Source: Pyrinomonadaceae bacterium (GTDB lineage: Bacteria > Acidobacteriota > Blastocatellia > Pyrinomonadales > Pyrinomonadaceae). From it: DNA of 55,342 nt. The position numbers and the translations under genes are program-made. The first letter of the stretch is position 1. The number at the start of each line of letters is the position of its first letter. Positions 18,953 through 30,154 of the stretch are shown here, piece after piece. A model generated the notes under the pieces. That model saw only the letters and a list, made by a program, of their open reading frames with translations. It searched no databases and had not been told where the DNA came from. Where the stretch lies: assembly GCA_013696465.1 (NCBI GenBank), contig JACCYN010000379.1, forward strand, positions 1-55,342, given 5' to 3'.

Positions 18953-19225
18953 TTATTCTTCGCCAAACCCGGCGGCGATCACTTCGCAAACGTGCTTGAT
19001 GGCTTGCTCCGCGTCCTCGCCCTCTGCCCTGACGCGCAACTGTGTGCCGCGCGCCGCCGCCAGCATCAACACGCTCAACAGCGATTTCGCATCCGCCGCG
19101 GCGCTTCCGTCGAGACGTTCAATGCGCACATCGCTTGTGTACAAATTCGCGGTGCGCACAAGCTGCGCCGCCGCCCGCGCGTGAAGTCCAAGCCGATTCG
19201 GGATCACCACACAGCGTTCGCACAT
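18953..19225 (-). CDS. ptsH: HPr phosphocarrier
   Basis: GLHARAA (His15) and DAKSLLSV (Ser46). Confidence 0.95.
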   Translation of the reverse strand: MCERCVVIPNRLGLHARAAAQLVRTANLYTSDVRIERLDGSAAADAKSLLSVLMLAAARGTQLRVRAEGEDAEQAIKHVCEVIAAGFGEE

Positions 19226-19690
19226 TCAGCTTTTCTTCGGGGACGAAAGCAATTCGCCCGCAAGGTAGATTCCGTCTTTGCCTTGATCGCGCACGCGCCG
19301 CGCCACGTCCGCCAGCGATTCTTCCCCGCCCTGACTCGCCAACTTAATCACCATCGGGAGATTCACTCCGGTCACAACTTCCACCTCGCCTTCGCGCAAA
19401 AACATCGAGGCGATGTTGGTCGGCGTGCCGCCAAACATATCTGTCAATATCAACACGCCGCGATCTTTTGTAACCCGCTGAATGGCGCGCTCGACTTCGT
19501 GGCGCGCCGCTTCAACGTCGTCGTGCCAGCCGATTGACACGGACGTGATGTGCTTGATTGCGCCGACGATCATCTCGGCCGCCGCGAGCAACTCGTTCGC
19601 CAAATGTCCGTGCGTGACGACAACTCCGGCGATAGGGCGCACGCTTCCGCCGCCTTGCTCCACATCAGTTTGCCCCGAATCAGCGATCAT
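19226..19690 (-). CDS. PTS EIIA, mannose/fructose family
   Basis: VVVTHG, LTDMFGGTPTN, TGVNLPM. Confidence 0.93.
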   Translation of the reverse strand: MIADSGQTDVEQGGGSVRPIAGVVVTHGHLANELLAAAEMIVGAIKHITSVSIGWHDDVEAARHEVERAIQRVTKDRGVLILTDMFGGTPTNIASMFLREGEVEVVTGVNLPMVIKLASQGGEESLADVARRVRDQGKDGIYLAGELLSSPKKS

Positions 19691-19831
19691 CGAATGACTC
19701 CTGCTAAAATCATTTATTCAATCATAGAAGCGAAAAGAAGATGCGAAAGTTGAGAAGAATGTTTCGTAAATGTTGGTGCGGACTTTGTGTTTCATTTCTT
19801 TGTCGCAGAGTTACAAGTTCTACATCAGGTT

Positions 19832-20818
<987 letters not shown>

Positions 20819-20824
20819 CGCCTT

Positions 20825-21844
20825 TTATGTTTTGATCGCGCGACTCGCATGTCCTTTTGCAACTGTTATCCCGTCGTCTTCTTCCGACGCTTGAAGCAGT
20901 TCCGCGTGGCGACGCACAAAGTTTTGCGCCGCGTCCGTCCCGCGCGCACGCAGCAGATGCACGCGCACAGCCGTTTCGACGAGCGTCGAGAGGCTTCTTC
21001 CGGAGCTTACGGGCAACAGCACGCGCGGCACTTCGAGGCCTAAAATCTTTACATGCTTTTCGTCAAGTCCGAGACGTTCAACGTCTCCCGTCTCCGCCCA
21101 CCGCTCCAACCGGACGACGAGATCGATTGTTTTGGGGTTGCTCATCGCCGAGACGCCGAAGAGTTCGCGGACGTTGATGATGCCGAGTCCGCGTATCTCC
21201 ATGTATTCGCGGAGAAGTTCGGGCGCGCTCCCCAGCAGCGCGTCGTGTGCGATACGCCGCACTTCAACCGCGTCGTCGGCGACAAGGCGATGCCCTCGTC
21301 TGGCGATAAGGTCAAGCGCGCACTCTGATTTTCCGATGCCGGAGCGACCTTCAATTAACACGCCTAGACCGTAAACATCCAGCAGAACGCCGTGGCGAAT
21401 TTCGCGCGGCGCGAGCGCGTATTGCAGATGCTCGGAGACAAGCGTGATCGCTTCGGAGCTGACGAGCGGCGTCTGTAGCAGAGGAAGACCGGAGCGTTCC
21501 GCTTCCTCGATCATCTCGTGGGGGGGCACGAGGTTTTTCGTAATCAGCGCGCAGGCGATCCGATTCAAGTCGAGATTACGGATCGCTTCGCGGCGCGCGT
21601 CCGTGGAAAGTTGAGCAAGGTATCCGATCTCGCTCTGCCCGACGAGTTGAACGCGCCCGGAATGAATGTAATGTTTGAATCCGGCGAGCGCGAGTCCGAG
21701 TTTTTGAATGCGCGGGGAGGTGATCTGGCGTGTCATCGCTCCACGCTCGCCCGCGAGAAATTGCAGATGAAGACGCGCCGGAGCTTGCGCGCGAAAATCG
21801 CTAACGGCTATCGCACCGTAGTCCTCTTTATGCGTTTCGCTCAT
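20825..21844 (-). CDS. hprK: HPr kinase/phosphorylase
   Basis: HGVLLDVYGLGVLIEGRSGIGKSE, LVADD, MEIRGLGIINV. Confidence 0.96.
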   Translation of the reverse strand: MSETHKEDYGAIAVSDFRAQAPARLHLQFLAGERGAMTRQITSPRIQKLGLALAGFKHYIHSGRVQLVGQSEIGYLAQLSTDARREAIRNLDLNRIACALITKNLVPPHEMIEEAERSGLPLLQTPLVSSEAITLVSEHLQYALAPREIRHGVLLDVYGLGVLIEGRSGIGKSECALDLIARRGHRLVADDAVEVRRIAHDALLGSAPELLREYMEIRGLGIINVRELFGVSAMSNPKTIDLVVRLERWAETGDVERLGLDEKHVKILGLEVPRVLLPVSSGRSLSTLVETAVRVHLLRARGTDAAQNFVRRHAELLQASEEDDGITVAKGHASRAIKT

Positions 21845-21862
21845 CGAGGAATTGATTTGAGA

Positions 21863-21915
21863 AATTGATCCCTTGACTCACTTGTTCGTTGTTTCAATGA
21901 GTCAAGAGATCAATT
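21863..21915 (-). terminator. Hairpin between hpf and hprK (terminator or stabiliser)
   Basis: AATTGATCCCTTGACTCA ... TGAGTCAAGAGATCAATT, 18-bp stem with one mismatch. Confidence 0.55.
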
Positions 21916-21918
21916 CTT

Positions 21919-22476
21919 TCAGGGTTCGATTAAACCGAAATCACCGTTGTCGCGTTTATAAAGCACCCCGATGCGGTTCGTGTCCGAATCTCGAAAGACG
22001 AAGAATTGATTCGCATCTTCTGACAGGTGCATCGCGGCTTCTTCGGGCGTCATCGGTTTGACGGCATAGCGGCGCGCCATCACAATGCGCGGCGTGCGTG
22101 TCGCGGTGGCAGCAGAATCTTCGCGCCCGTCGCCCTGCGGTGGTTCAGGCGTCGGCGCAACGGCGCTGGTCGGCATCGCCTTCTGATTGCGATCAATGAT
22201 TTTCTTTTTGAGCTTAACCGCTTGCTTTTCGATCTTGGCGATGGCGCGCGACAAAGCTTGATACATATCGGCGTTTGTGTCGGAAGCTGTCAATGCGTGC
22301 TCGCGCCAGTGAAGAAGGATTTCACCTTTCTGCCGGTTCTTTTCAACTTCCATGATGACGTGCGCGTTCGCCGTCGAATCGTTAAAGATGTGATCGATTT
22401 TACTGAAATGGTCTTCGACGTGACGGCGCAACGCATCGGTCACATCCACGTGACGACCCGTGTATTCAAACTTCAT
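21919..22476 (-). CDS. hpf: Long-form ribosome hibernation promoting factor
   Basis: TGRHVDVTDALR, DMYQA, C-terminal KPMTPEEA...FFVFRD...VLYKRDNGDFGLIEP. Confidence 0.95.
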   Translation of the reverse strand: MKFEYTGRHVDVTDALRRHVEDHFSKIDHIFNDSTANAHVIMEVEKNRQKGEILLHWREHALTASDTNADMYQALSRAIAKIEKQAVKLKKKIIDRNQKAMPTSAVAPTPEPPQGDGREDSAATATRTPRIVMARRYAVKPMTPEEAAMHLSEDANQFFVFRDSDTNRIGVLYKRDNGDFGLIEP

Positions 22477-22635
22477 GAAGCCAATCCCCCGATACTTTGG
22501 AATGGAGCTGCGCAGAGCGAAAAACGAGCGCTGGCGGCTTCTCGCCTGATCATTTTCCCCGCCGTTTAGCCACAGACCTTTCGAGATGTTAGAACAATGA
22601 AAACTTTGTGCCGAACGCTCGCTTTCGTCCCTCTC

Positions 22636-24228
22636 TCAGACGACGTTGCGGCGCTCGCGCGATCCCGGAATCTGCATCTGATCGCGGTACTTCGCCACCG
22701 TGCGGCGCGACAATCTGATGCCTTCCTTCGCCAACACTTTCACTATCTGATCGTCCGTAATGGGATTATGCGAATCTTCTTCTTCGATAATTTTTTTGAT
22801 CTTCAACTTGATGATGCGCGTCGAAATCTCTTCGCCGTCTTCGTTCGTCATGCCCTCGGTGAAGAAGCGGCGCAGTTCGATCACGCCCTGCGGCGTGTGC
22901 GCGTATTTACGATTGACGACGCGCGAGACGGTCGAAAGGTGCATTCCCGTTTCTTCCGCCACATCCTTTAGCATCATTGGCTTGATGAGTTGCACGCCAT
23001 GATTTAAGAATTCGCGCTGGCGATTCACGATACACTCGACCACGCGGTAGATTGTCTGGCGACGGTGCTCGATGTTGCGTAATAGATCAACGGCCGAGCG
23101 CGCCCGGTCTTTGATAAAATCCTTTGTTTCTTTGCTCGTCTCCTCGCGCTTCAACATGTGCATGTAGCTTTGATTGAGGCGGAGGCGGGGGCTTCCGTCG
23201 TCGGCGAAGTAGATCACGTACTCGTCGTCAAGCTTTTCGATGTAGATTTCGGGTGTGATATGGATCGTATCGTCGAACGCGAAACGGCGGCCGGGGTGCG
23301 GCTCAAGCTGGCGGACGATCTCCAACTGCTGCCCTAAAGTTTCGACGGGAACGCCGAGTTGCTTTGAGAGCGCAGGGATTTTGTGCGGCTGCAATTCGCC
23401 GAGCGTGTGCTCGCGCAAGATTTGCGCCGCCAAAGAATCTCCTTGCCCGCCCGCTTCGAGCTGCATAAGCAGGCATTCAGTTACGTCGCGCGCGCCGCAG
23501 CCTACGGGGTCGAGGCGCAGCACGACTTGTCGCGCTCGCTCAACCATCTCTTCGTCGCACCCGCACAACCGGGCGATCTCTTCGTTCGTCGCATTCAAGC
23601 GACCGCTCGCGTCTAAGTTCCCGACGACGCCTTCGGCCGCCTTTAATATCTCTTCGTCGGCCTCGTCCATCTGCAACTGCCACATGAGATGTTCGGTGAG
23701 AGAAGGCGGATGAGTTAGAAACTGCTCGAAGGTCGGGGCGTCTTCCTTGTATTCGTATTCTTGCGTTTTATAACCGGGGTCTAAATACTCTTGAAACTCG
23801 CGCCCGAAATCTATCTCCTCAAACGCATCGCGCGCCGGTTCGCTTCCGTCTTCGCCGTCCAATTGCACTTCGGCATGAGTGGGCACATCTTCATGCGGCG
23901 TTTCAAAAGGGTTTTCAGTGGCGGGCGTGTTGAAAATCGAATCTTCTGCCGCCCCATTCAAGTCATTGGTTTCGGGCGCGGTCGTCTGAAAATCAAAAGT
24001 GCCGTCTAAGCTGCCGCCTGAAGCTTGATGATCAAGTATGGCTTCGGCGAGTTCGCGCGCTTCCTCCTGCGACGCGACTTCTTCGAGCACCGGATTTTCC
24101 AGCATCTGCTGCTGAATCAACTCGCTCAATTCAATCGAGGTCATCTGCAACATCTCGATGCGCTGGCGCAACTGTGGCGTCAGCACAAGGCGTTGTGCGA
24201 GATGAGTTGTTAACCTAACCGATGACAT
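22636..24228 (-). CDS. rpoN: RNA polymerase sigma-54
   Basis: LTPQLRQ...LENPVLE, DPVGCGAR, HLSTVSR, RpoN box SRRTVAKYR. Confidence 0.97.
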   Translation of the reverse strand: MSSVRLTTHLAQRLVLTPQLRQRIEMLQMTSIELSELIQQQMLENPVLEEVASQEEARELAEAILDHQASGGSLDGTFDFQTTAPETNDLNGAAEDSIFNTPATENPFETPHEDVPTHAEVQLDGEDGSEPARDAFEEIDFGREFQEYLDPGYKTQEYEYKEDAPTFEQFLTHPPSLTEHLMWQLQMDEADEEILKAAEGVVGNLDASGRLNATNEEIARLCGCDEEMVERARQVVLRLDPVGCGARDVTECLLMQLEAGGQGDSLAAQILREHTLGELQPHKIPALSKQLGVPVETLGQQLEIVRQLEPHPGRRFAFDDTIHITPEIYIEKLDDEYVIYFADDGSPRLRLNQSYMHMLKREETSKETKDFIKDRARSAVDLLRNIEHRRQTIYRVVECIVNRQREFLNHGVQLIKPMMLKDVAEETGMHLSTVSRVVNRKYAHTPQGVIELRRFFTEGMTNEDGEEISTRIIKLKIKKIIEEEDSHNPITDDQIVKVLAKEGIRLSRRTVAKYRDQMQIPGSRERRNVV

Positions 24229-24306
24229 AGCGCTTTATTGAAAAAGAATGAAATTGAATTAAGCTTGCCCTGCGCGAAGGGAGACGGCCGGGCAAGTCGC
24301 TAAAGG

Positions 24307-24312
24307 ATTATA
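24307..24312 (-). promoter_or_regulatory. Possible internal -10 element upstream of rpoN
   Basis: TATAAT in the lptB-rpoN gap. Confidence 0.4.
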
Positions 24313-24367
24313 ACCGATCTGGATTCCGAGCGTGCTGATTTTTAACTTCGCAAATCGGGCAAATTTT

Positions 24368-25216
24368 TCACATGCGAAACTTTTCGCCGAGATAAAGGCG
24401 ACGCACCTCAGCATCCTGCGTCAAATCATGCGGCGCACCGGCGCGCAAAATTTGCCCTTCCGCCATGATGTAAGCGCGGTCGGTGACGCCGAGCGTTTCG
24501 CGCACGTTGTGATCGGTGATGAGAATGCCAATGCCGCGACTTTTTAGGTAAAGAATAATGTTTTGAATGTCATCAACAGCTTTCGGATCGATCCCGGCGA
24601 AGGGTTCGTCCAGCAGGATAAACTGCGGTTCGGTGGCGAGCGCACGGGCGATCTCGGTGCGGCGGCGTTCGCCGCCCGACAACGCATCGCCGCGCGTGTG
24701 GCGGACGTGCCCGATGCCAAATTCTTCTAACAACTCTTCGAGACGCGCGAGGCGTGCGCGCCGCCGCATCCCCATCGTCTCAAGCACGGCGAGGATGTTT
24801 TCGGCCGCCGTCATACGGCGAAAAACAGAAGGCTCCTGCGGTAGATAACCGACACCAAGGCGCGCGCGCAGATACATCGGGAGTTTTGTGATGTCGCGCT
24901 TGCCCAGCGTGATGCGGCCTGCGTATGGGCGCTCAAGCCCGATGATCATGTAGAAGGTCGTCGTTTTACCCGCGCCGTTCGCGCCGAGCAAACCGACGAC
25001 TTCGCCCGGCTCGACGTGCAAACTTACGCCGTCCACAACCTTTCTTTTGCCGTAAAATTTTTCGAGATTAACTCCGGCGAGCGCATCCGGTGAAGGAGTT
25101 TTTAGAGCTTGTTCGTAGGCGACTTGAGGAACACGCGCGAAAGTTTCATCGTCCGACGTTTGAGCATCCGTCGTCCCGTCTATGGTTTGTGTCAACTCTC
25201 GCGGTTCGGTCTTCAC
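24368..25216 (-). CDS. lptB: LPS export ABC ATPase
   Basis: [47 protein letters not shown]. Confidence 0.96.
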   Translation of the reverse strand: MKTEPRELTQTIDGTTDAQTSDDETFARVPQVAYEQALKTPSPDALAGVNLEKFYGKRKVVDGVSLHVEPGEVVGLLGANGAGKTTTFYMIIGLERPYAGRITLGKRDITKLPMYLRARLGVGYLPQEPSVFRRMTAAENILAVLETMGMRRRARLARLEELLEEFGIGHVRHTRGDALSGGERRRTEIARALATEPQFILLDEPFAGIDPKAVDDIQNIILYLKSRGIGILITDHNVRETLGVTDRAYIMAEGQILRAGAPHDLTQDAEVRRLYLGEKFRM

Positions 25217-25271
25217 TTCGTTTGACTAATAAATTTCAAGCGCACTCTTAAGCGTTCCGGGTCGCTGCCTT

Positions 25272-27599
25272 TTATTGCTGCTGACCGCGCCGCACGCGAT
25301 GCGTTGAGCGCACGCGCCCCGTGCCCTTCGCTCCGTCTGCGCCGTCGTTAGAGACGATGCGGTTCTCTCGCAGATAGACAGTCATACGGCGGCTCTCGGA
25401 AGTTCCCTGCTCCGCATCTTCGACGCGCGCCGGATTACCTGCGAGCACCACGGTTTCATCAGCCGCCGTGTACTGCGCCCAATCGCCCGTGCCGCGCTTT
25501 CCCGGTTGCTGCACAACGACGCTGCGCTGCGCGACGGTGCGTTCAACTTCGTAAGAATCTTTCAGCAGAAACACATCGGCGATTGCAGACGTGATGCGCT
25601 CCGTTCCCTGCTTGATGTCAACATTGTCTTCGTAATGCAGCAGGCGATCCGCATCTTGGTAAAACATGCGATCCGACGAAGCGAACACGGGCACAACCGT
25701 GCGCGCGCCCGACGCCTCTTTGCGGCGAACTTGATAAAGCGCGCTCTTCACGTTTCCGTCGCCCTCCATGCGCCGCTGTTCGCTGCGCAGGATAATTCGA
25801 TCCGCGCTCACGAAATTGTCGTCTTGCCACAGGCGCGCGTTGCCGTTGTAGACGGCGAGTTTCGCGTCGTGGTCAAACTCGGCTTCGTTGCCGGAAGCAA
25901 ACACGGGGCTTTTGACTTTGGCGAATGGAGTCGCGCCGTTCGTGCCTTCTTGACTGTAGTAAGTTGTCGTCACGCGGCCGCGCGCCTGCGACGTGCGCGC
26001 CCGCGAATTTGAATCAATCTCGGCGGCTTTCGTGCGTGCGCGCGAATCCCAGATCACGGGTTCGCCGCCGCGCAAGCGAATCGTTTCATCGGCGGCCGTG
26101 TAAACCGCATTCGCCGCCTGCCCGTTGCGGTCGCGCTCGTTGAAACGCGCGTCCAGTTGCGCCTCCAGACGCTCCACGTCCTGCGTCTCGCGCACGAAAG
26201 TCGCGCTCATATTCTGCGACGTGATGGTGCGCGTGGCTCGTTGCTCGGAAGGTTGAAGCGGCTCGAAGATGGCGCGCGCTCCGCCCGTTGCGAAAAATAC
26301 GCGCGCCAGATTTCCCGCTTCGTAAAATTCGCAATCGAAGCGCGGGGCGTGAAGCGTTTTACGATCCGCAATCGGAGTTGCCTGCACGGGTTCGACGACG
26401 AGTTCGGCGTTTCCCGCCGCCTCAATGCGTTCGATGTCGCGCCCCGACGCGCGCCACATAAGTTTCATGTTATCGGCCGTCAGACGTTTGCCCGCCGCGC
26501 GCGGATTGTTCGCCTGCGAGCGTGGCGCGCCGAGCGTGACGACGGGGCGACCGTCGGCGCGCATCTCGCGTAAAAGGCTTTTCTCGTTCTGCACGCTGAA
26601 TTCAGTAATGACGTTATTTGCGTTTGCAAGATTCATCTCGGCGTCTGAGTCGAGACTGCGCGCGCGAACGTCGCGGCGAGATTCGGCGCGCTCTAATTTC
26701 TGATCCGCGTTAAAGGTGAAATCCATTTCGGCGGAATGAATCTCGGCGGCGCGTCCCTCTTCCATCGTCCGCAAATAAGAGTTGCCGCGCGCCGCGATAT
26801 GTCGCACACGCTTTTGCTCACCGAGTTGAGCGGACAGCGTTTCGCCGCTCATAATGTCGCGCTCCTGCTCCGCGCTCGCGCCGCCGGAGAACGACAGAAT
26901 GAGCGCCGTCTGATCGAAGTCGGCGCGCGGCGCGCGGATCGTAACGGGACGACCTCGATGCGCGTTCCTCATCGCCGCTTCGTTGTTAACGTCAGGCTCA
27001 ACCGTAATTTCGACTCCGCCGCGCAAGTTCAGTTTTTTATTTTTTGAATCTACCGTCGCGGCATCAGCGCGGCCGTGCACGTTGTCGCGCTGAAACTCGA
27101 CGGGCACAATTGTTTCGGCCGTCTCCGTGCGTTGGTCGTAGGTGATCGCTTCGGTTTGCGCCTTAAGGCGGTCGCGCGTTTCGATCTGCACTTTGCCCGC
27201 GAAGGCAACGCGCTGCGATTCCTGATCGTAAGCCGCCCGTTGCGACGTGATCTGATCTTTGCCTTCGCCGGTTTGGGGATAAACTTCGAGGTGAACCCCT
27301 TCGAGTTCGTGGCGACCGTCCGTGTAAGTTATTTCGCGCCCCGCCCGCAAAAGCAAACGCAGACGCCCCGCTTCGTTCACCTTGTGCTCATAGCCTTCAA
27401 CGATTCGCTCCACCTGCTGCGAGAGTTCCGGGTTCGACGCGCGCAAACGAAACGGACGATTATTGCGCAGGCGATAGTAAGAGAGCGCAACGAAGATGAT
27501 GCCGAACACAAGGACGGCGAGCGCAAGGTAGCGCGCGACCATCGGCAGACGCGCCCGCAAACCAATCCCAAACGCTCTTCTTCGTCGAACTTCTTGCAT
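25272..27599 (-). CDS. Large LptC/LptA-like multi-jellyroll periplasmic protein
   Basis: One N-terminal TM, then repeated beta-strand OstA-like segments (GNARLWQ, DNVDIKQG, VLAGNPARV); directly upstream of lptB; probable start MQEV at 27599. Confidence 0.85.
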   Translation of the reverse strand: MQEVRRRRAFGIGLRARLPMVARYLALAVLVFGIIFVALSYYRLRNNRPFRLRASNPELSQQVERIVEGYEHKVNEAGRLRLLLRAGREITYTDGRHELEGVHLEVYPQTGEGKDQITSQRAAYDQESQRVAFAGKVQIETRDRLKAQTEAITYDQRTETAETIVPVEFQRDNVHGRADAATVDSKNKKLNLRGGVEITVEPDVNNEAAMRNAHRGRPVTIRAPRADFDQTALILSFSGGASAEQERDIMSGETLSAQLGEQKRVRHIAARGNSYLRTMEEGRAAEIHSAEMDFTFNADQKLERAESRRDVRARSLDSDAEMNLANANNVITEFSVQNEKSLLREMRADGRPVVTLGAPRSQANNPRAAGKRLTADNMKLMWRASGRDIERIEAAGNAELVVEPVQATPIADRKTLHAPRFDCEFYEAGNLARVFFATGGARAIFEPLQPSEQRATRTITSQNMSATFVRETQDVERLEAQLDARFNERDRNGQAANAVYTAADETIRLRGGEPVIWDSRARTKAAEIDSNSRARTSQARGRVTTTYYSQEGTNGATPFAKVKSPVFASGNEAEFDHDAKLAVYNGNARLWQDDNFVSADRIILRSEQRRMEGDGNVKSALYQVRRKEASGARTVVPVFASSDRMFYQDADRLLHYEDNVDIKQGTERITSAIADVFLLKDSYEVERTVAQRSVVVQQPGKRGTGDWAQYTAADETVVLAGNPARVEDAEQGTSESRRMTVYLRENRIVSNDGADGAKGTGRVRSTHRVRRGQQQ

Positions 27600-27612
27600 T
27601 ATCAATGTACGG

Positions 27613-27858
27613 CTACTGACGTTTTTCACCGTCGTCGTGTATAGCTTCTATAGGACAAACTCTCATCGCAGCAAGGCACTCTGCCTCCTCCTCAGGAGTA
27701 GTTGGTTGCTTGGCAACATACGCTCCGTAGGAGATTCTATCCATTCTGAAATTATTCGGCGCTTCATAAACACAAACTTCATGGTCGAGACATGTGTCAT
27801 GATTAACATAATATCTGCCAGCTACGTTGAGAGGATGTTTCCTGATCGTTTCACTCAT
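27613..27858 (-). CDS. Ferredoxin (single cluster), variant CxxHxxC...CP
   Basis: NVAGRYYV, CLDHEVC, APNNF, KQP, CPIEAI; lower GC. Confidence 0.85.
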   Translation of the reverse strand: MSETIRKHPLNVAGRYYVNHDTCLDHEVCVYEAPNNFRMDRISYGAYVAKQPTTPEEEAECLAAMRVCPIEAIHDDGEKRQ

Positions 27859-27898
27859 AACCTAGAAAGTTCATACTAAAAGTCTTATGATTTTGCCA

Positions 27899-29620
27899 CT
27901 AAATTTCAGCGCGCATATCTTGCACGATCAATTGTGCCCGCTCCTGTCCTTGCCACACATTCGTTTCGAGCGTGTAAGCCAATTCGATGCTCGCGCCTGC
28001 TGGCAAAGTTGCTGCGCCGTCGTGCTCGACGCCGCTCCACCAGAGGGCTTCGTGCGTGCGTCCGTGAGCGTCTTCAAGATGAAACTTTAGATGACGTTCT
28101 TTGAGCACGCGCGGCGGTCGGGTGAGGCGCAGGTTGGCGGTTGAAAAAATGGGACGCGGCCAGCCCGCTCCGAACGGCTCTAATTTACTTAACTCATTCG
28201 CAAATTCACAGGTTAAATTTTCGCTCGGTAGTTCGGCATCAATGTGGAGCGTCGGGGTGAAATCGTCGTCGCACAAAAGGCACGCCGCGTGTTCGTTGAG
28301 CCGACGGCGCAACTCCGGGATGTGTTCGCGGCGAATGACGAGTCCAGCGGCGTGTGCGTGTCCGCCGAAGCGTTCAAAGAGATCGGCACACGATGTAAGT
28401 CCGTCGAGCAGATGATATGAATCAATCGAGCGCGCCGAACCGTGTCCGGTGTCGCCTTCAAACGAGACGACGATGCACGGGCGGTGACGACGCTCGGCGA
28501 GCTTTGAAGCGGCAAGACCGATCACACCTCTATGCCAATCGTCGCCCGCCACGATATGCACGCGCTCGCTTTCTTCATCGCCCAGCTCCGCGAAGGCGCG
28601 CGCCACGATTGTGTCTTGCACAACGCGGCGTTCGCGGTTATGCCCGTCGAGGAGTTGTGCGAGTCGCCGCGCCTCCTCCTCATCTTTCGCTTCAAACAAT
28701 TCGATGACCGAGCGCGCCGCGTCCATGCGCCCGGCGGCGTTGATGCGCGGGCCGAGACGAAAGCCGAGATCGTAAGCGCGCACGCCCGCGCCGTTTCCGC
28801 AACCCGCCACATTCATCAGCGCGCGCAAGCCCGGATTCGTCGCCTGCGGAAGATCGTCTAAGCCGAGACGCACAATCGCGCGATTCTCACCCGTGAGCGG
28901 CGCGACATCGGCGACCGTGCCGATAGCGACAATCTTCAAAAACCCTTTCACGAGTGATTCGCGCCCGCGTTCGCGCAAAAGCGCGTGAACGAGTTTGTAA
29001 GCGACGCCGACGCCCGCGAGATTTTTGTCCGGGTAAGAACACCCCTTCTGATTCGGGTTGATCACGGCGACGGCCGCAGGCGCGCCCAACTCATCGTCGG
29101 GCAAGTGGTGATCGGTGACGATCACATCGAGATCGTTTTCCGTTGCCCACGCAAGCGCGTCGTGCGCGCGAATGCCGCAGTCAACGGTGACGATGAGCGA
29201 GTAACCTTCGCTCTTGGCTTTCTCCAGAGCCTCGCGGTGAACGCCGTAACCTTCCGTGAAGCGATGCGGGACGTGAAAGCCCGTCTGCTCTGCGCCGAGT
29301 AAATCTAAGGCGCGGCGCAACACGACCGTGCCCATCGTGCCGTCAACATCATAATCGCCATAGACAAGAACGCGCTCGCGGTCGTCAACAGCTTGCAGAA
29401 TACGTTTCACCGCTTCCGCCATTCCGAGCATCAAGCTTGGATCGTGTAAGTGTGCGATCCGGGGGTCAAGCGCGCGGCGCGCATCTTCTTCAGTCGTAAC
29501 GTCGCGCCCGATAAGTAATGCGGCGAGCGCGGGCGACACGCCGAGCGCACGAGACAATTCCCTTTCGCGCGTCTTGTCCGCCGCGCGCATGAGCCATTTC
29601 TTCCCTGTTATCGAACGCAT
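27899..29620 (-). CDS. recJ: ssDNA exonuclease RecJ
   Basis: YGDYDVDG, TVDCG, TDHH, GTVADV, PRINAAGR, GSARS, GGHAHAAG, LEPFG. Confidence 0.96.
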   Translation of the reverse strand: MRSITGKKWLMRAADKTRERELSRALGVSPALAALLIGRDVTTEEDARRALDPRIAHLHDPSLMLGMAEAVKRILQAVDDRERVLVYGDYDVDGTMGTVVLRRALDLLGAEQTGFHVPHRFTEGYGVHREALEKAKSEGYSLIVTVDCGIRAHDALAWATENDLDVIVTDHHLPDDELGAPAAVAVINPNQKGCSYPDKNLAGVGVAYKLVHALLRERGRESLVKGFLKIVAIGTVADVAPLTGENRAIVRLGLDDLPQATNPGLRALMNVAGCGNGAGVRAYDLGFRLGPRINAAGRMDAARSVIELFEAKDEEEARRLAQLLDGHNRERRVVQDTIVARAFAELGDEESERVHIVAGDDWHRGVIGLAASKLAERRHRPCIVVSFEGDTGHGSARSIDSYHLLDGLTSCADLFERFGGHAHAAGLVIRREHIPELRRRLNEHAACLLCDDDFTPTLHIDAELPSENLTCEFANELSKLEPFGAGWPRPIFSTANLRLTRPPRVLKERHLKFHLEDAHGRTHEALWWSGVEHDGAATLPAGASIELAYTLETNVWQGQERAQLIVQDMRAEI

Positions 29621-29622
29621 CT

Positions 29623-29952
29623 TCACTCGGCAAACCATCCGTTCGGGTCAAGCAGCTTGATGCCGACGCGCTGAAGTCCGTCCGCGTCGTCAACCCACAC
29701 GCCGTTGACCTCCGCCACGAGGCTCTGTCCGGCGGGCGGCGTGATGCGGATGCTCGTTCCGGCTGCAACATTGACATCTGAAATGACGGTTGCACCGGCG
29801 CGACTGATGCGCACGGCTTCGGCGCGCACGCGAAACGATTCTCCCGCCGTCGTCTTTCCCTCTAACTCGACCGCGAAACTAACAGGCACGCGCGGATTGC
29901 GCGGACGCTGCATGTGCGGCGTGCGTCCGCCTCCTTTTGTTTCATCACTCAT
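29623..29952 (-). CDS. Stand-alone PilZ-like domain protein with degenerate motifs
   Basis: RPRNPRVPV and RISRAGA at the positions of RxxxR and (D/N)xSxxG; terminal VGIKL strand. Confidence 0.7.
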   Translation of the reverse strand: MSDETKGGGRTPHMQRPRNPRVPVSFAVELEGKTTAGESFRVRAEAVRISRAGATVISDVNVAAGTSIRITPPAGQSLVAEVNGVWVDDADGLQRVGIKLLDPNGWFAE

Positions 29953-30037
29953 AACGATTCATTATCCTCCGATCAAGCAAAAAGCTCGTCCGCGTGAGAG
30001 GAGGCGTAAGTTAAGTTTACCGGATGTTGGCTGAATA

Positions 30038-30152
30038 AGGAAAAAGTAAAAGGCAAAATGAGAACGAAACTTGCGCTTTGATTTGAGATCGAAGAATCTC
30101 AAATTTGAAGTTCATGCTTTAAGTTGTGTCCACACTTTTACCTTTTTACTTC
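30038..30152. repeat. Nested palindromic heptamer-type element
   Basis: AAAAGTAAAAGGCAAAA ... TTTTACCTTTTTACTT outer arms; inner ATTTGAGAT/ATCTCAAAT. Confidence 0.55.
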
Positions 30153-30154
30153 AT

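Noticed and set aside
22598..22613. Sigma54 promoter for hpf (CGGCACAAAGTTTTCA, minus strand)
   Set aside because: -24 GG is present but -12 reads TC instead of GC; too weak to call.
27600..27900. Ferredoxin as a third integron cassette
   Set aside because: No R''/L''/L'/R' structure downstream of the gene.
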